NCBI GenBank assembly: GCA_963754925.1 | Contig: CAVWHX010000004.1 | Span: 544,001 to 608,000 of the forward strand | From: an uncultured delta proteobacterium | GTDB lineage: Bacteria; Myxococcota; B64-G9 | Length of the DNA: 64,000 nucleotides | Direction: 5' to 3' | Shown: piece by piece, positions 1 through 10,218 of the stretch | Layout: each line of letters begins with the position of its first letter | Numbering within the stretch: the first letter of the stretch is position 1 | Notes under the pieces: model-generated | Databases searched by the model: none | What the model saw: the letters and a program-made list of their open reading frames with translations, nothing else | What the model was told of the DNA's origin: nothing | Position numbers and translations under genes: made by a program

Positions 1-2
1 GC

Positions 3-1460
3 GCCGGGCTGGACGACTACCTTCGGCTGGTCGGTTGCCACCGCGATCGCCTGCCGGTGCTGCGTTTGGATCCCAATCCCTACTGGATGGGATTCTACGC
101 TTCGCGGCCCGAGGCCAAACAACGCTGCAAGCGCATCGTCGGCAAACTGCTTGCCGCCGAGAGCCGCCATTGCCCGGACAACAACGGCAACGGCGCAAAC
201 CTCGCCCGATCCTGGGAGATGGTGGCCGTGAGCAACCACCATGATTTCATCACCGGCACCTCCAACGATCGGGTCTGGAACACCGAGCAAAAACCCTGGC
301 TGGAAACGGCCGAGTCTCTGGCAGACCAGGCCCTGGTCGACGCTGCGTGCGCCTCCGAACATCGAGAGCCGCCGCTTCTGGACTGCCCCCCGCAGTGGAG
401 CCTCAAGAACGGACGCTTAGAAATAATCAGCCCCTCTTATCGATTGGTTCTCGAGGAGCAGGCGGGCGGCTGCATTGTTTCCTGGCTCGACGCGGATGGA
501 CGCGAGCTTCTCGACGGCCCCGCCAACGACCTGGTGAGTTTCCACGACTCGGGCGGACTGTGGCGCCTCGGGCACGAATTTTTGGGCGGTCATTTTCGGG
601 AGTGGCGCCGGGCCAGTCAAGAGAAGGCGCGGCTTCTGGCCTTCGAGGATCAGGGCTATCTGCAAGTGCGCATCATATCCGATCGGCGATTCATGCCGGT
701 AGTGCGCACGTTGTGGCTCGAACGGGATACTCCGGTAATTCGTATGCGTTTGCAGGGCGCGGCGGCCGCCCGCTGTACGGTGTGCGTGCGTTTTCCTACC
801 CGGTTACACGCCCGGCGCCTATGCATGGACGTCCTCGGCGGAGTGGTCGAACGACCTCACCGGAAACTCTACAATCCCACCTTTTGGCCGCTGCGTTCGT
901 TTGCCCACCTGCGCGACGAGCAATCGGACGTGGGCCTGGCGATAGTCTTGGGCGGCCCGGCCAGCCTGTCTTCCGACGGCTGCGGCCGACTCGACTGGGT
1001 GGCGCTGCGCAACGCCTACCGCGAGCGAGCTTTCGGCCTTTTGCCGATCCTGGCCCACCCGACCGGCGGCCGCGATCCCGACGAGCACACCTTTGACTAT
1101 GCAGTTTGGTCCACTCCCAAGGGCGATTGGCTGTCTAATAGCCTGCCGCGTTTTGCCCGCGAGGTGCGGTCCGACTTCTCCGGCTGGGCCGGCGGTCTGT
1201 GTCAGCCGCTCGTTACGCTCAACCGCGACGACGTGCTCCTCACCGCGGTCAAACCGGCTCATAACGGCGGGGGTACGGTGATCCGGCTGACCCGTCTGGG
1301 CCCTCCCGGCCCGGTCGGCCTCGAGTCGGGCAACGGGTGCATCCGGGACGCCTGGATCGTAGACGCTCGGGAACGGGATCTGGAGCGACTGCCGGTACAA
1401 TCCGGCCGGGTACTTGTTGACCTAGCCTACGCTCTAACTTCGGTGCGACTGATCTATTAG
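3..1460 (+). CDS. Glycoside hydrolase family 38 (alpha-mannosidase-like), 5'-truncated by the window edge
   Basis: Frame is open from position 3. YWMGFYASRP and NHHDFITGTS match GH38 middle-domain motifs; the C-terminal LTAVKPA...VIRL beta-sandwich is typical of GH38. Confidence 0.75.
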   Translation, partial: AGLDDYLRLVGCHRDRLPVLRLDPNPYWMGFYASRPEAKQRCKRIVGKLLAAESRHCPDNNGNGANLARSWEMVAVSNHHDFITGTSNDRVWNTEQKPWLETAESLADQALVDAACASEHREPPLLDCPPQWSLKNGRLEIISPSYRLVLEEQAGGCIVSWLDADGRELLDGPANDLVSFHDSGGLWRLGHEFLGGHFREWRRASQEKARLLAFEDQGYLQVRIISDRRFMPVVRTLWLERDTPVIRMRLQGAAAARCTVCVRFPTRLHARRLCMDVLGGVVERPHRKLYNPTFWPLRSFAHLRDEQSDVGLAIVLGGPASLSSDGCGRLDWVALRNAYRERAFGLLPILAHPTGGRDPDEHTFDYAVWSTPKGDWLSNSLPRFAREVRSDFSGWAGGLCQPLVTLNRDDVLLTAVKPAHNGGGTVIRLTRLGPPGPVGLESGNGCIRDAWIVDARERDLERLPVQSGRVLVDLAYALTSVRLIY

Positions 1461-1541
1461 GCATTTTCTCTGCTCAACGAAATAAAGAAATCAAATCCCT
1501 TACTAGATAAAAAGTCCATAAGGTATATCAGTATTTTGGCG

Positions 1542-1642
1542 CGCCGGGTGACGCCGAGCAGGGGGCCCCCCGCCGGAGCGTAATCATCGTGTTTTTTCGA
1601 TGATGAGCACCGCCGGGGGATGCGAGGCGACAGGACCCGGCG
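1542..1642. repeat. Long imperfect hairpin (REP/MITE-like) upstream of pfk
   Basis: Nested inverted repeats: CGCCGGGT/ACCCGGCG, CGCCGAGCA/TGCGAGGCG, CCCCCG/CGGGGG and ATCATCG/CGATGAT. Confidence 0.5.
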
Positions 1643-1753
1643 ATAATTTTGACCATTACGACAATAATAAAATTCGCTTGCCAGCAGCCGCTCAATCACC
1701 CTATTCATTTAATGGTTAGATGCCGACGGTCTTTTATCCGAAGGAGGGGTCTG

Positions 1754-2990
1754 ATGAGCACGATCAAAGGCAATGCCGTGGTGTTCACGCAGGGTGGTCC
1801 GACAGCCGTGATCAACGCTTCGGTGGCCGGGGTGGCGGAGGTGCTGTTTGATGCACCAGAGGTGTTGGGGATCTGGGGCAGCCTCAACGGTATCGACGGC
1901 GTGCTCAAAGAGGACTTCATTGACCTCGGCGCGCAGAGCCACAGCGTCTTCCAAAACATCGCTTTCACGCCGGCCTCGCAGCTACGAACCACGCGTCACA
2001 AACCCACGGCCGACGAGAACTCCTCGATGCTCAAGGTGTTTGAAAAGTACAACATCCGCTACCTCTTTGGCATCGGCGGCAACGACACCTCCGAGACCCT
2101 CGACCTCATTAACGATACCGCCAAAGGCAAGGGCTACGAGCTGCGTCTGTTCCATATCGCCAAGACGGTCGACTGCGATCTGATGGAAAACGATCACACC
2201 CCCGGCTACGGATCGGCCGCGCGCTACGTTGCCAACGCCTTCCGCGGCGTTGATTTGGACAATCAGTGTTTCGGCGGCGTGTACGTCGGGGTGTGCATGG
2301 GTCGTAACGCCGGTTTTCTCACCGCGGCCGCGGCGCTTGCCCGCACGACCCCCGAATCCGGGCCGCATCTGATCTATTTGCCCGAACGCGCCTTCGACGT
2401 CGAGACCTTCGTCAACGACGTTGCGGCGGTCTACAAGAAATACAAGCGCTGCGTGATCGCGGTGTCGGAGGGGATCGAGGACAAAAACCATGTCCCGATC
2501 CTGCAGGTGCTCTCGCAGGGCAAACTCGAAGCCGACAGTCACGGGAACGTTCAGCTCTCGGGCACGGGCGCCTTGGGCGATGCGTTGGTCGACCGCATCA
2601 AGGAGCACTTTGAGAAGGCCGGCATCTCGAAGAAGCTGCGCGCGCGCGGCGACACGCTCGGCTACATCCAGCGCTCGTTTCCCGGATCAGAGCCCGGTCG
2701 ACCGCGAGGAGGCGCGCGAGTGCGGCCGGTTTGCCGCTCGGGTGGCGCTGTCGGGCAAAGTCGACGGCTCCATAGCCATCCAGCGCCTTTCGAACCAGCC
2801 CTACCGGGTCGAATTCAAGCTGGTTCCCCTCAAGGCCGTGGCCGGTAAAACCCGGCGCCTCCCGGACGAGTTCATCAACTCGGCCGGCAACAACGTCACC
2901 GAGGCCTTCCTGCGCTGGGGTCAGCCGCTGCTCGGAGAACTCAACGAATTCGGCGCGCTCGACCTCAGTAAACGGGTGCCGAAGAAATAA
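1754..2990 (+). CDS. pfk: 6-phosphofructokinase (PPi-type PfkA family), +1 frameshift near 2681-2686
   Basis: QGGPTAVIN, GIGGNDT, KTVDCDL, MGRNAGFL and LGYIQRS motifs; the C-terminus continues in ORF 2490..2990 (SPVDREEA...RRLPDEFIN). RBS AGGAGGGG precedes the ATG at 1754. Confidence 0.9.
2927..2990 (+). repeat. 64-bp direct repeat, copy 1 (pfk 3' end; attL-like)
   Basis: Identical to 10885..10948 (GCTGCTCGGAGAAC...GAAGAAATAA). Confidence 0.95.
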
Positions 2991-3007
2991 GAAATAGGTG
3001 TAAACGA

Positions 3008-3511
3008 ATGAGCGACATGATCTCTATGCGTTTTGAATCCAGGCTTTCTGCTCCGATAGAGAAAGTCTGGGAGTGGATCACATCAGTCAAAGGGATATCT
3101 GCGGAGATTTGGCCATTTTTTCGCATGACGAGTCCCAAAGGTATTCAGTCATTGGCGGACATCAAGATCAAGCCGGGTACTCCGATGTTCCGAAGCTACA
3201 TATTTCTGTTCGGCTTTCTTCCCATTGACTATTCCGATATGACCCTTCTGGAACTCAATCAAGGGCGTGGATTTGTCGAACAATCCCCGATGGGTTCAAT
3301 GAAACTGTGGCGCCACGAGCGGCAGATCGTTCCGTACCCATCCGATCCCGGAGCGATTCTCTTGGTGGATCAGCTCACCTTCAGCCCCCGCATGGCAAAA
3401 CATCTCGTGCGCTGGTTTATTCGTCACGTCTTTATTCATAGGCACAAGGTGCTCAGAGCGAAGCTTGGCGGTGCCCAACAAAAGACTCCGCTCGTAGAAC
3501 CTGAAAAATGA
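3008..3511 (+). CDS. SRPBCC/START-fold ligand-binding protein
   Basis: FESRLSAPIEKVWEW...GFVEQS...WRHER...DQLTF pattern. Confidence 0.75.
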   Translation: MSDMISMRFESRLSAPIEKVWEWITSVKGISAEIWPFFRMTSPKGIQSLADIKIKPGTPMFRSYIFLFGFLPIDYSDMTLLELNQGRGFVEQSPMGSMKLWRHERQIVPYPSDPGAILLVDQLTFSPRMAKHLVRWFIRHVFIHRHKVLRAKLGGAQQKTPLVEPEK

Positions 3512-3672
3512 CGAGATATCCAGAAACACAAAAAACAGTTGAAAAAAAAGTCAGGTGATTATGTAGTGTCACTACATAAGACACTCGGAACACAAGTAGG
3601 CAATAGACCATAGATCGTATGGAAACATATGAATGATCGTTGCATGGTATTCTGAGGGACTCAGGAGGATTG

Positions 3673-3709
3673 TGGAGTTATACAGAAACTATAGAATAAC
3701 TTGTTAAGC
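3673..3709 (+). other. Candidate integron attI-like site (33-bp segment plus GTTAAGC core)
   Basis: TGGAGTTATACAGAAACTATAGAATAACTTGTT is repeated exactly at 10852..10884. It ends in a GTTRRRY core directly ahead of the first cassette and has no attC-type palindrome. Confidence 0.5.
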
Positions 3710-3736
3710 TGACTAAAGTCGGATGAGGAAAAGATA

Positions 3737-4387
3737 ATGGAATGGCAGAAAGTAAAGAGAATAAATATTGCGACCGATGAACCCTGCATTTCGATTAAAC
3801 ACGATCGATTTTACTTCAACGTTGTGTTCGTCCGAGTTGCTCAAATTGAATCATATTCCTTTATGAATATCTTCTGCAATGATGATGAAAGGTGTATTGG
3901 ATTTCAGTTCAAGAAAGAGAAAGATTCGCCTGATGATTACAAGATAAATGGATCAATCAAAAAGGGTCTCTATGGACAGTGTCGGGAGATTGTCGAAAAA
4001 GGTTGGGTCAGGTCCGTTATTCAAAACAACAAAAATAACCAGTTCTATGTCTCGCGCGACGGCAAGATTTGGTTTATTAAGTTGATGCCGGCATTTGAGA
4101 CAAGCGTTCTAAGGTCAGAGTATCAGAAGATCAACGCTGAACTATGCGGGATCTATCGGTATGTAAACAAAGAACATGAGATAGTGTACATCGGAAAAGG
4201 AAATATAAGAAAACGTCTATCAGAAAATCAAAGGGAAGGCTGGGATTTTGTAAAAATCGAGTATTCTCAAATTGAAGATGATGAGAAAGCCTATGAGTGG
4301 GAATTATTTTGGATCGACAAGTATGAGTCTGAGAAAGGGAGAATCCCGATCTACAATCAGATAAGGGGACATAGGAATGAAAAATGA
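3737..4387 (+). CDS. GIY-YIG nuclease domain protein (gene cassette)
   Basis: C-terminal GIYRY...VYIGKG..RKRL...E...PIYN; AT-rich; an attC follows immediately. Confidence 0.75.
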   Translation: MEWQKVKRINIATDEPCISIKHDRFYFNVVFVRVAQIESYSFMNIFCNDDERCIGFQFKKEKDSPDDYKINGSIKKGLYGQCREIVEKGWVRSVIQNNKNNQFYVSRDGKIWFIKLMPAFETSVLRSEYQKINAELCGIYRYVNKEHEIVYIGKGNIRKRLSENQREGWDFVKIEYSQIEDDEKAYEWELFWIDKYESEKGRIPIYNQIRGHRNEK

Positions 4388-4453
4388 GCCTAACAACCAG
4401 TTCAAGCGCGACAACCCGGACAAGCCGGGTTGCGGCTTAACTGGGCGTTATGC
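4388..4453 (+). mobile_element. Integron attC site 1
   Basis: GCCTAAC...CAGTTCAAGC GCGACAACCCGG-CCGGGTTG CG GCTTAACTG...GTTATGC: R''/R' cores, L boxes with an extrahelical base and a central palindrome. Confidence 0.92.
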
Positions 4454-4550
4454 TTCTTGAATATACAAATTAAACTTTGAATTTCTTGCCCCTTGGGGTG
4501 AGGGTATTTGATTGAGATAGGGATGGAAATGAGCGAATCTGGAGATTATT

Positions 4551-5547
4551 ATGGCTAGAGCAGATTTACTTACAGATCTCGTTAAGTTCGGAATGGTTGG
4601 CGACAAGGCCCGATTCCGCAAGGTTGTCGAAGCTATCATCGCAGAAGAAAGAGCGAAGAAGCATACTGTCCTCGCAAATACGCTGGAGGAACTACTTCGC
4701 TCCACGCCGGCAGACAGACCCATATCGAATGGCAATGCTGTGCTCGATCAGCGGGTTACGAATCTTCTTCGTGAGGTCATGCCTGAGCGGACTTTCGACG
4801 ATCTCGTTCTTCCCAAGGAAGTGAAGGACATTTCGCGGGAGGTGGTTGAAGAACACCACCGGGTTGACCTTCTTCGGTCATACAACTTAGAACCCCGAAA
4901 CCGAATACTGGTCATAGGCCCACCTGGCAATGGAAAGACCTCGTTAGCGGAAGCCTTGGCACACGCACTGATGGTGCCTCTGCTCATCGTCAGATACGAG
5001 GGGGTAGTGGGTACATATCTCGGCGAGACCGCTGTGCGCTTGCGGCGGCTGCTAGAGCATGCAAGCACCCGAAAGTGCGTGCTCTTCTTCGACGAGTTCG
5101 AAACTTTGGGAAAAGAACGCGGCGACAGGCACGAGACCGGTGAGATCAAGCGGGTTGTTAGTTCTCTGTTGATGCAAATTGATTTACTGCCCACCCACGT
5201 AGTGGTCATTGGTGCAACCAACCACGCAGAGCTTCTCGACCGAGCCGTATGGCGCAGATTCCAGGTACGCATGACATTGCCTGAGCCCACGCGCGCCCGA
5301 TTAGCCGAGTGGTTCGGCAATTTCGAGCGACGGATCAAGATGTCTCTTGGATACACCCCCGAGACGCTCGCGAAGAAGCTCTATGGCGTGAACTTCGCCG
5401 AGGCAGAGGAATTCGGGGCAAGTGTTTTTCGCCAATACGTGCTTGAACAACCTGTTTCGTATCATGAAGGCAATTGTGGACCGCACCCTCAAGAATTGGG
5501 CCGCACGATCTGTCAAGACAAAGCAACAAAATGGAGACGATGAATAA
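4551..5547 (+). CDS. AAA+ ATPase, IetA-like; probable +1 frameshift near 5455
   Basis: Walker A GPPGNGKT, Walker B FFDEFE and SRH GATNH...LDRAVWRRF. The alternative frame gives MKAIVDRTLKNW...DDE* ending in a TAATG overlap with the next gene. Confidence 0.85.
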
Positions 5548-8123
5548 TGCCGGACCGCCCTTTGTTGCTTTTTCCAACGCCAGAGACCGCCGACCGCTCA
5601 AAGGGACACGGATTCCCCACCCGTGTACATCGGCCTTCTCAAAACAGACAGGGACAACGCCTGTCCCCAATCTTTTCTCAGCTTCGAATGGAATTCAACG
5701 CCCGGCGAGTGGAATTGCAGCAGACTGCAGCTGGAGCAGACCCGGAACAGGTACTGGTAATTGAGACTGTTGGCAGTATTGAGAATTTCTCCAATGCTGT
5801 CAAAAGAATCAATGGTCTTGAGTGGATGGGCGAGATTGAAACCGATGAGATTATACCCGACCAGGACTTCTATGATGAGGGCGACGTAGCCAAAAAGCTT
5901 AGCGGTCGGTTTTATCTCATCATTACCAACCAGCGGGCTCTTGATGAGATGCTCTCGCTATGGCAGCGATATCAGGATGACAATGAAATAAAGTTCCAAC
6001 GGGGCCTCACCAAGTTCCGTGATGTGTTTCTATACCTCAAGGATATTCGCCGCTGGGGTGTTCAGGACCGAATTGAGGAGACCGGCGTACTTGATGCCTG
6101 GCGGGAAGACCTGGCGCACGATGGCGGGCACGCCATCCGTTTTGAAATTGAATTGTGGTTCCGTGGCACTTATGCCAAAAGACAAGAAGCACGAGAACAA
6201 GTCGATGAACTTGTCAGGCAGCTTGGTGGAAGAGTCTTGGATGAATGCATTATCAGCGATATTGCCTACCACGCTCTGCTTGCAGAGATACCCGCAACCG
6301 CTGCGCAACAGATTGCCGGGCATCCAGACGTAGACCTCATCAAGTGCGACAGCGTGATATTCTTTCGTCCGGTCGGTCAAATGGCCACGGGGAAGCGGTC
6401 GGTTGAAGGCAACTTGTCGGATCATGAAGCAAAAGATGCACTGCTCCCAACTGGCGACCCAATTATCGCGATTCTTGATGGACTTCCGCTGGCAAATCAC
6501 AGTCTGCTTGCAAATCGGCTGATAATAGATGATCCGGACGACTATGCTTCGGCGTACACGGTCCCGGACAGAATACACGGCACTGCAATGGCATCTTTGG
6601 TTGTTCATGGCGACCTGAACGATGGAGCACCACCGCTGCCTCACCCCGTATATGTGCGCCCAATTATGAAGCCTATCCACTGGATTGGCTCGCCCCGCCC
6701 CGAGCAGATTCCCAGCGATGTTTTGGTAGTCGATCATATTCACCGGGCTGTACATCGAATATTTGAGGGCGAAGGCACGGGTAATGCCGCTGCTCCAACA
6801 ATCCGAATCATCAATTTCTCTATTGGAGATCCGTGTCGGCAGTTCAGCCAAGTGCTGAGTCCACTAGCTCGGCTCCTAGATTGGCTAAGTGTGAAGTACC
6901 GCGTTCTTTTCGTCATCAGTGCTGGCAACCACTCTCAAGACATCACGACCAACATCCCAGAGGCCGAATACGACATCCTACCGGACAGAGAGAAGGAAGC
7001 CGCCATCGTTAGAGCGCTATACGAAAATGCCCGTCACAGGAGAATTCTCTCTCCTGGAGAAAGCATCAACGGCATTACAGTCGGTGCGCTACACAATGAT
7101 AGTGCCACGGTGAGTCATATCGATCACGCCGTGAATCTGTTTGGGAGCTTATTGCCAAGTCCAGTTTCCGCATTCGGTAGCGGTCACCGTAGGGGAATCA
7201 AGCCTGACGTCCTGTTCAACGGCGGCCGTGTTCTTTATACCAGGCTGCTTGGCAGACCAGTGCACGCAACATTTAAATTCCGGGACATGCGAATTGCCCC
7301 GGGCAACAAGGTGGCCTCACCCAGTGCGCTTGCAGGTGATGTAAACAAAGCCATCTACTGCTGCGGAACGAGCAATGCTGCCGCTTTGATCTCCAGAATA
7401 GCGGCATCATGCCACGACACCCTTGTTAATGTATTTGAGGAACAAGCTCCTGAGATCGAGCTGAGCTCTTACATCGCCCCATTGCTAAAGGCGATGATTG
7501 TTCACGGTTGTTCTTGGGGCGAAATCGGAACTCGACTACAAGACATACTCCAAACACAGGACAATGGACGATACATCCGCAATTGGATCAACCGGTGGTT
7601 GGGATACGGTGTACCGGCCAGCGAGCGTGTTCTGGCCTGCACGGAACAACGGGCCACATTGCTGGGGTTCGGTCAACTAGGCGATGAAGAGGCACACCTG
7701 TTTACTTTACCCTTGCCTCCTTCCCTAGGTGCGCGTCGGGAATGGAGACGCCTCACAGTCACCCTTGCTTGGATGTCTCCCGTGGCTGCAAACACGCAAC
7801 GATATCGCGCCGCGAACTTGTGGTTTGAGGCTGAAAGCGACTCGCTCGCACCCAACCGACAGGATGCGGACTGGAAGGCTGTTCGTCGCGGAACGATTCA
7901 GCACGAGGTATTCGATGGAGACAGAGCAATCGCCATAGCGGATGACGCAAGCCTGACGGTTAAGGTCAACTGCCGCAGTGATGCAGCAAAGATTCAGGAG
8001 CCCGTGGCCTACGGACTTGCGGTATCGCTCGAAGTTGCTGAAGGAATCGACATCGCTATTTATGACGAGATCCGGACGCGCATCATGTCTGCCATCGAAA
8101 TCAGGGCAAGAGAGGTACACTAG
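5547..8123 (+). CDS. S8 (subtilase) serine peptidase, IetS/Y4bN-like
   Basis: Triad motifs ILDG, HGTAMASL and GTSNAAAL, oxyanion SAGN and WLGYGVP; no signal peptide; coupled to the AAA gene. Confidence 0.88.
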   Translation: MPDRPLLLFPTPETADRSKGHGFPTRVHRPSQNRQGQRLSPIFSQLRMEFNARRVELQQTAAGADPEQVLVIETVGSIENFSNAVKRINGLEWMGEIETDEIIPDQDFYDEGDVAKKLSGRFYLIITNQRALDEMLSLWQRYQDDNEIKFQRGLTKFRDVFLYLKDIRRWGVQDRIEETGVLDAWREDLAHDGGHAIRFEIELWFRGTYAKRQEAREQVDELVRQLGGRVLDECIISDIAYHALLAEIPATAAQQIAGHPDVDLIKCDSVIFFRPVGQMATGKRSVEGNLSDHEAKDALLPTGDPIIAILDGLPLANHSLLANRLIIDDPDDYASAYTVPDRIHGTAMASLVVHGDLNDGAPPLPHPVYVRPIMKPIHWIGSPRPEQIPSDVLVVDHIHRAVHRIFEGEGTGNAAAPTIRIINFSIGDPCRQFSQVLSPLARLLDWLSVKYRVLFVISAGNHSQDITTNIPEAEYDILPDREKEAAIVRALYENARHRRILSPGESINGITVGALHNDSATVSHIDHAVNLFGSLLPSPVSAFGSGHRRGIKPDVLFNGGRVLYTRLLGRPVHATFKFRDMRIAPGNKVASPSALAGDVNKAIYCCGTSNAAALISRIAASCHDTLVNVFEEQAPEIELSSYIAPLLKAMIVHGCSWGEIGTRLQDILQTQDNGRYIRNWINRWLGYGVPASERVLACTEQRATLLGFGQLGDEEAHLFTLPLPPSLGARREWRRLTVTLAWMSPVAANTQRYRAANLWFEAESDSLAPNRQDADWKAVRRGTIQHEVFDGDRAIAIADDASLTVKVNCRSDAAKIQEPVAYGLAVSLEVAEGIDIAIYDEIRTRIMSAIEIRAREVH

Positions 8124-8140
8124 ATGTAAATGAAAATTGC

Positions 8141-8203
8141 GCATGACAACCGGTTGCAGCGGACGGACCGCTGCGCGTCCCACCGCTGAACTTTTCGTTA
8201 GTT
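8141..8203 (+). mobile_element. Integron attC site 2
   Basis: GCATGAC..GGTTGCAGCGGACGGAC..GTCCCACCGCTGAAC..GTTAGTT. R'' GCATGAC is near-complementary to the cassette-start core GTTATGC at 4447. Confidence 0.82.
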
Positions 8204-8231
8204 CTCAACCAAGCATAAGGAACATTTATCA

Positions 8232-8933
8232 ATGAAGAGAATTGGTATCATTGGCGGCATTGGCCCGGAATCGACCGTAGACTACTACAAATTGATTATC
8301 GGAGCTTTTCATGCAAAGCACGCAGATCTAGGCTACCCGGAAATCATTATCTACAGTGCCGACGTATCAAGTCTCATGAAAATAGTTGAGGCAAAAGATT
8401 GGGTAGGCCTCACGGATTGGCTGCTTGAAAAAGTGATTTCGTTACACAAGGCGGGCGCCGAATTCGCCGTCATCGGCGCCAATACTCCCCATATTGTTTT
8501 CGATAGAGTGAGCTCACGATCACCCATACCAATGCTGAGCATTATTGACGAGACACGAAAGAATGCAAAGACAAGAGGTCTCAAGAGACTTGGTTTGTTG
8601 GGCACAAAGTTCACTATGGAATCGGACTTGTTTAAGAAGCCTTTTGGAGACGACGGCATGGCGGTCGTGGTTCCTGATAAAGAAGACCGGGAGCTTATTC
8701 ATCATAGGCTATTTTCTGAAATCGAATTAGGCATCATAAAAGATTCAACCCGGGAAGAATTACTGTCCGTAGTAAAGAAAATGATCGCGCGATATTCAAT
8801 CAATGCTTTGATCCTTGGCTGTACCGAGTTGCCGTTAATCCTAAACAAAGACGAATTTGGAATTCCTTTTTTAAATACGACGGCTATTCATGCGCAAAGC
8901 ATCGTTAACTATTGTATCGGAAAAGAAGCCTAG
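8232..8933 (+). CDS. Aspartate/glutamate racemase family protein
   Basis: IGIIGGIGPESTVDYY, GANTPH, LGLLGTKFTM and ILGCTELP. Confidence 0.9.
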   Translation: MKRIGIIGGIGPESTVDYYKLIIGAFHAKHADLGYPEIIIYSADVSSLMKIVEAKDWVGLTDWLLEKVISLHKAGAEFAVIGANTPHIVFDRVSSRSPIPMLSIIDETRKNAKTRGLKRLGLLGTKFTMESDLFKKPFGDDGMAVVVPDKEDRELIHHRLFSEIELGIIKDSTREELLSVVKKMIARYSINALILGCTELPLILNKDEFGIPFLNTTAIHAQSIVNYCIGKEA

Positions 8934-8981
8934 CATTGCTTTCAGCCAGACGCTGCTAGCGCTGGGGTCTGGAGGAGAAAC

Positions 8982-9152
8982 ATGTCCATAGCGGCCGATA
9001 TCGTTGTTGCACTCGTCGCGCTACTACATATCTACTTCCTGGTGCTCGAAATGTTCCTTTGGGACAAACCAATGGGTTTACGAACTTTCGGCCAAACAAA
9101 AGAAAATGCCGCGGTCTCCAAGGTCCTGGCCACAAACCGCGCCATTTTATGA
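8982..9152 (+). pseudogene. Truncated DUF1304-like membrane protein (56 aa)
   Basis: RBS GGAGGAG, then MSIAADIVVALVALLHIYFLVLEMFLWDKPMGLRTFG...VLATN. It stops where the family's NQGLYNGFLA motif should follow. Confidence 0.65.
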
Positions 9153-9175
9153 CACTAGGAGAGTAGGACCTTAAC

Positions 9176-10108
9176 ATGCTTAGTTACCTTAAGACCACCA
9201 TTAAGAAGATTCCAATACTTAATAAAATTGTTTCGGAGCTTCATAAGTTGTATTCGGATCTTGTTGCCCTAAGGAAAAATCCGCGCTTCGTACCACCCGG
9301 TCATTTCTATTCTCCAATCCCTTCATTGGACGAAGTACGGAGGGATGAGGTAAAAATTTTCGGAAGTGTTCCATTTAATATATCGGGTCTCGAACTTCAT
9401 GAGGAAGAACAGCTCAAGCTCCTTAATAAATTTGTTGCATATTATAAGGAGATGCCCTTCCAACCACAAACGCATGAAGGGTTGCGTTATTACTACGAAA
9501 ACCCGTATTATTCGTATTCTGATGCTATTCTGTTGCATTGCATGATCAGATACTTGAAGCCAAAGAGAATCATCGAAGTAGGTTCTGGTTTTTCATCTTG
9601 CATGACACTGGACACAAATGATTTGTACTTCGATGGTTCAATAGCGACCACTTTTATTGAACCTTATCCTGATATTTTCATGTCCCTCATCAAAGACACA
9701 GATAAAGGTACGATTAAGACGATTCCGGCCCGTTTGCAGGATGTTGACCTCGCTCAATTTGAGACACTTCAAGCGAATGACATCCTATTCATCGACTCGA
9801 CACACGTCAGCAAAGTAAACAGCGACGTGAATCGTATCTTCTTTGAAATATTGCCGAGACTATCTTCAGGTGTTCATGTTCACTTCCATGACATCTTCTT
9901 TCCGTTCGAGTACCCAAAGGCTTGGGTATATGAAGGACGTGCATGGAACGAAGCATATCTTTTTAGAGCGTTCCTACAATACAACAAGGAATTTCGCATG
10001 GTACTCATGAATACGTATATGGAACATTATCATGAGACGTTTTTCAAACAGAAGATGCCGCTTTGCCTGAAAAATACTGGTGGAAGCATATGGATTCGCA
10101 GGGAGTGA
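9176..10108 (+). CDS. Class I SAM-dependent methyltransferase (Methyltransf_24-like)
   Basis: PGHFYSPIP, IIEVGSGFSS, ILFIDSTHVSK, HFHDIFFPFEYP and WNEAY. Confidence 0.85.
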   Translation: MLSYLKTTIKKIPILNKIVSELHKLYSDLVALRKNPRFVPPGHFYSPIPSLDEVRRDEVKIFGSVPFNISGLELHEEEQLKLLNKFVAYYKEMPFQPQTHEGLRYYYENPYYSYSDAILLHCMIRYLKPKRIIEVGSGFSSCMTLDTNDLYFDGSIATTFIEPYPDIFMSLIKDTDKGTIKTIPARLQDVDLAQFETLQANDILFIDSTHVSKVNSDVNRIFFEILPRLSSGVHVHFHDIFFPFEYPKAWVYEGRAWNEAYLFRAFLQYNKEFRMVLMNTYMEHYHETFFKQKMPLCLKNTGGSIWIRRE

Positions 10109-10218
10109 GCATCGAAATGAAAAGGAGGTCAGGATACTTGGCTGTTGGATTGGCGCCGTGCTCCGGCCCGACAACCAGTTGTGTCATAATTCAAACCAAT
10201 ACGAGAAGGAGGTACACC

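Noticed and set aside
3559..3579. Palindrome TTATGTAGTG-T-CACTACATAA upstream of the attI-like site
   Set aside because: A real inverted repeat, but single copy and I cannot assign it to a regulator.
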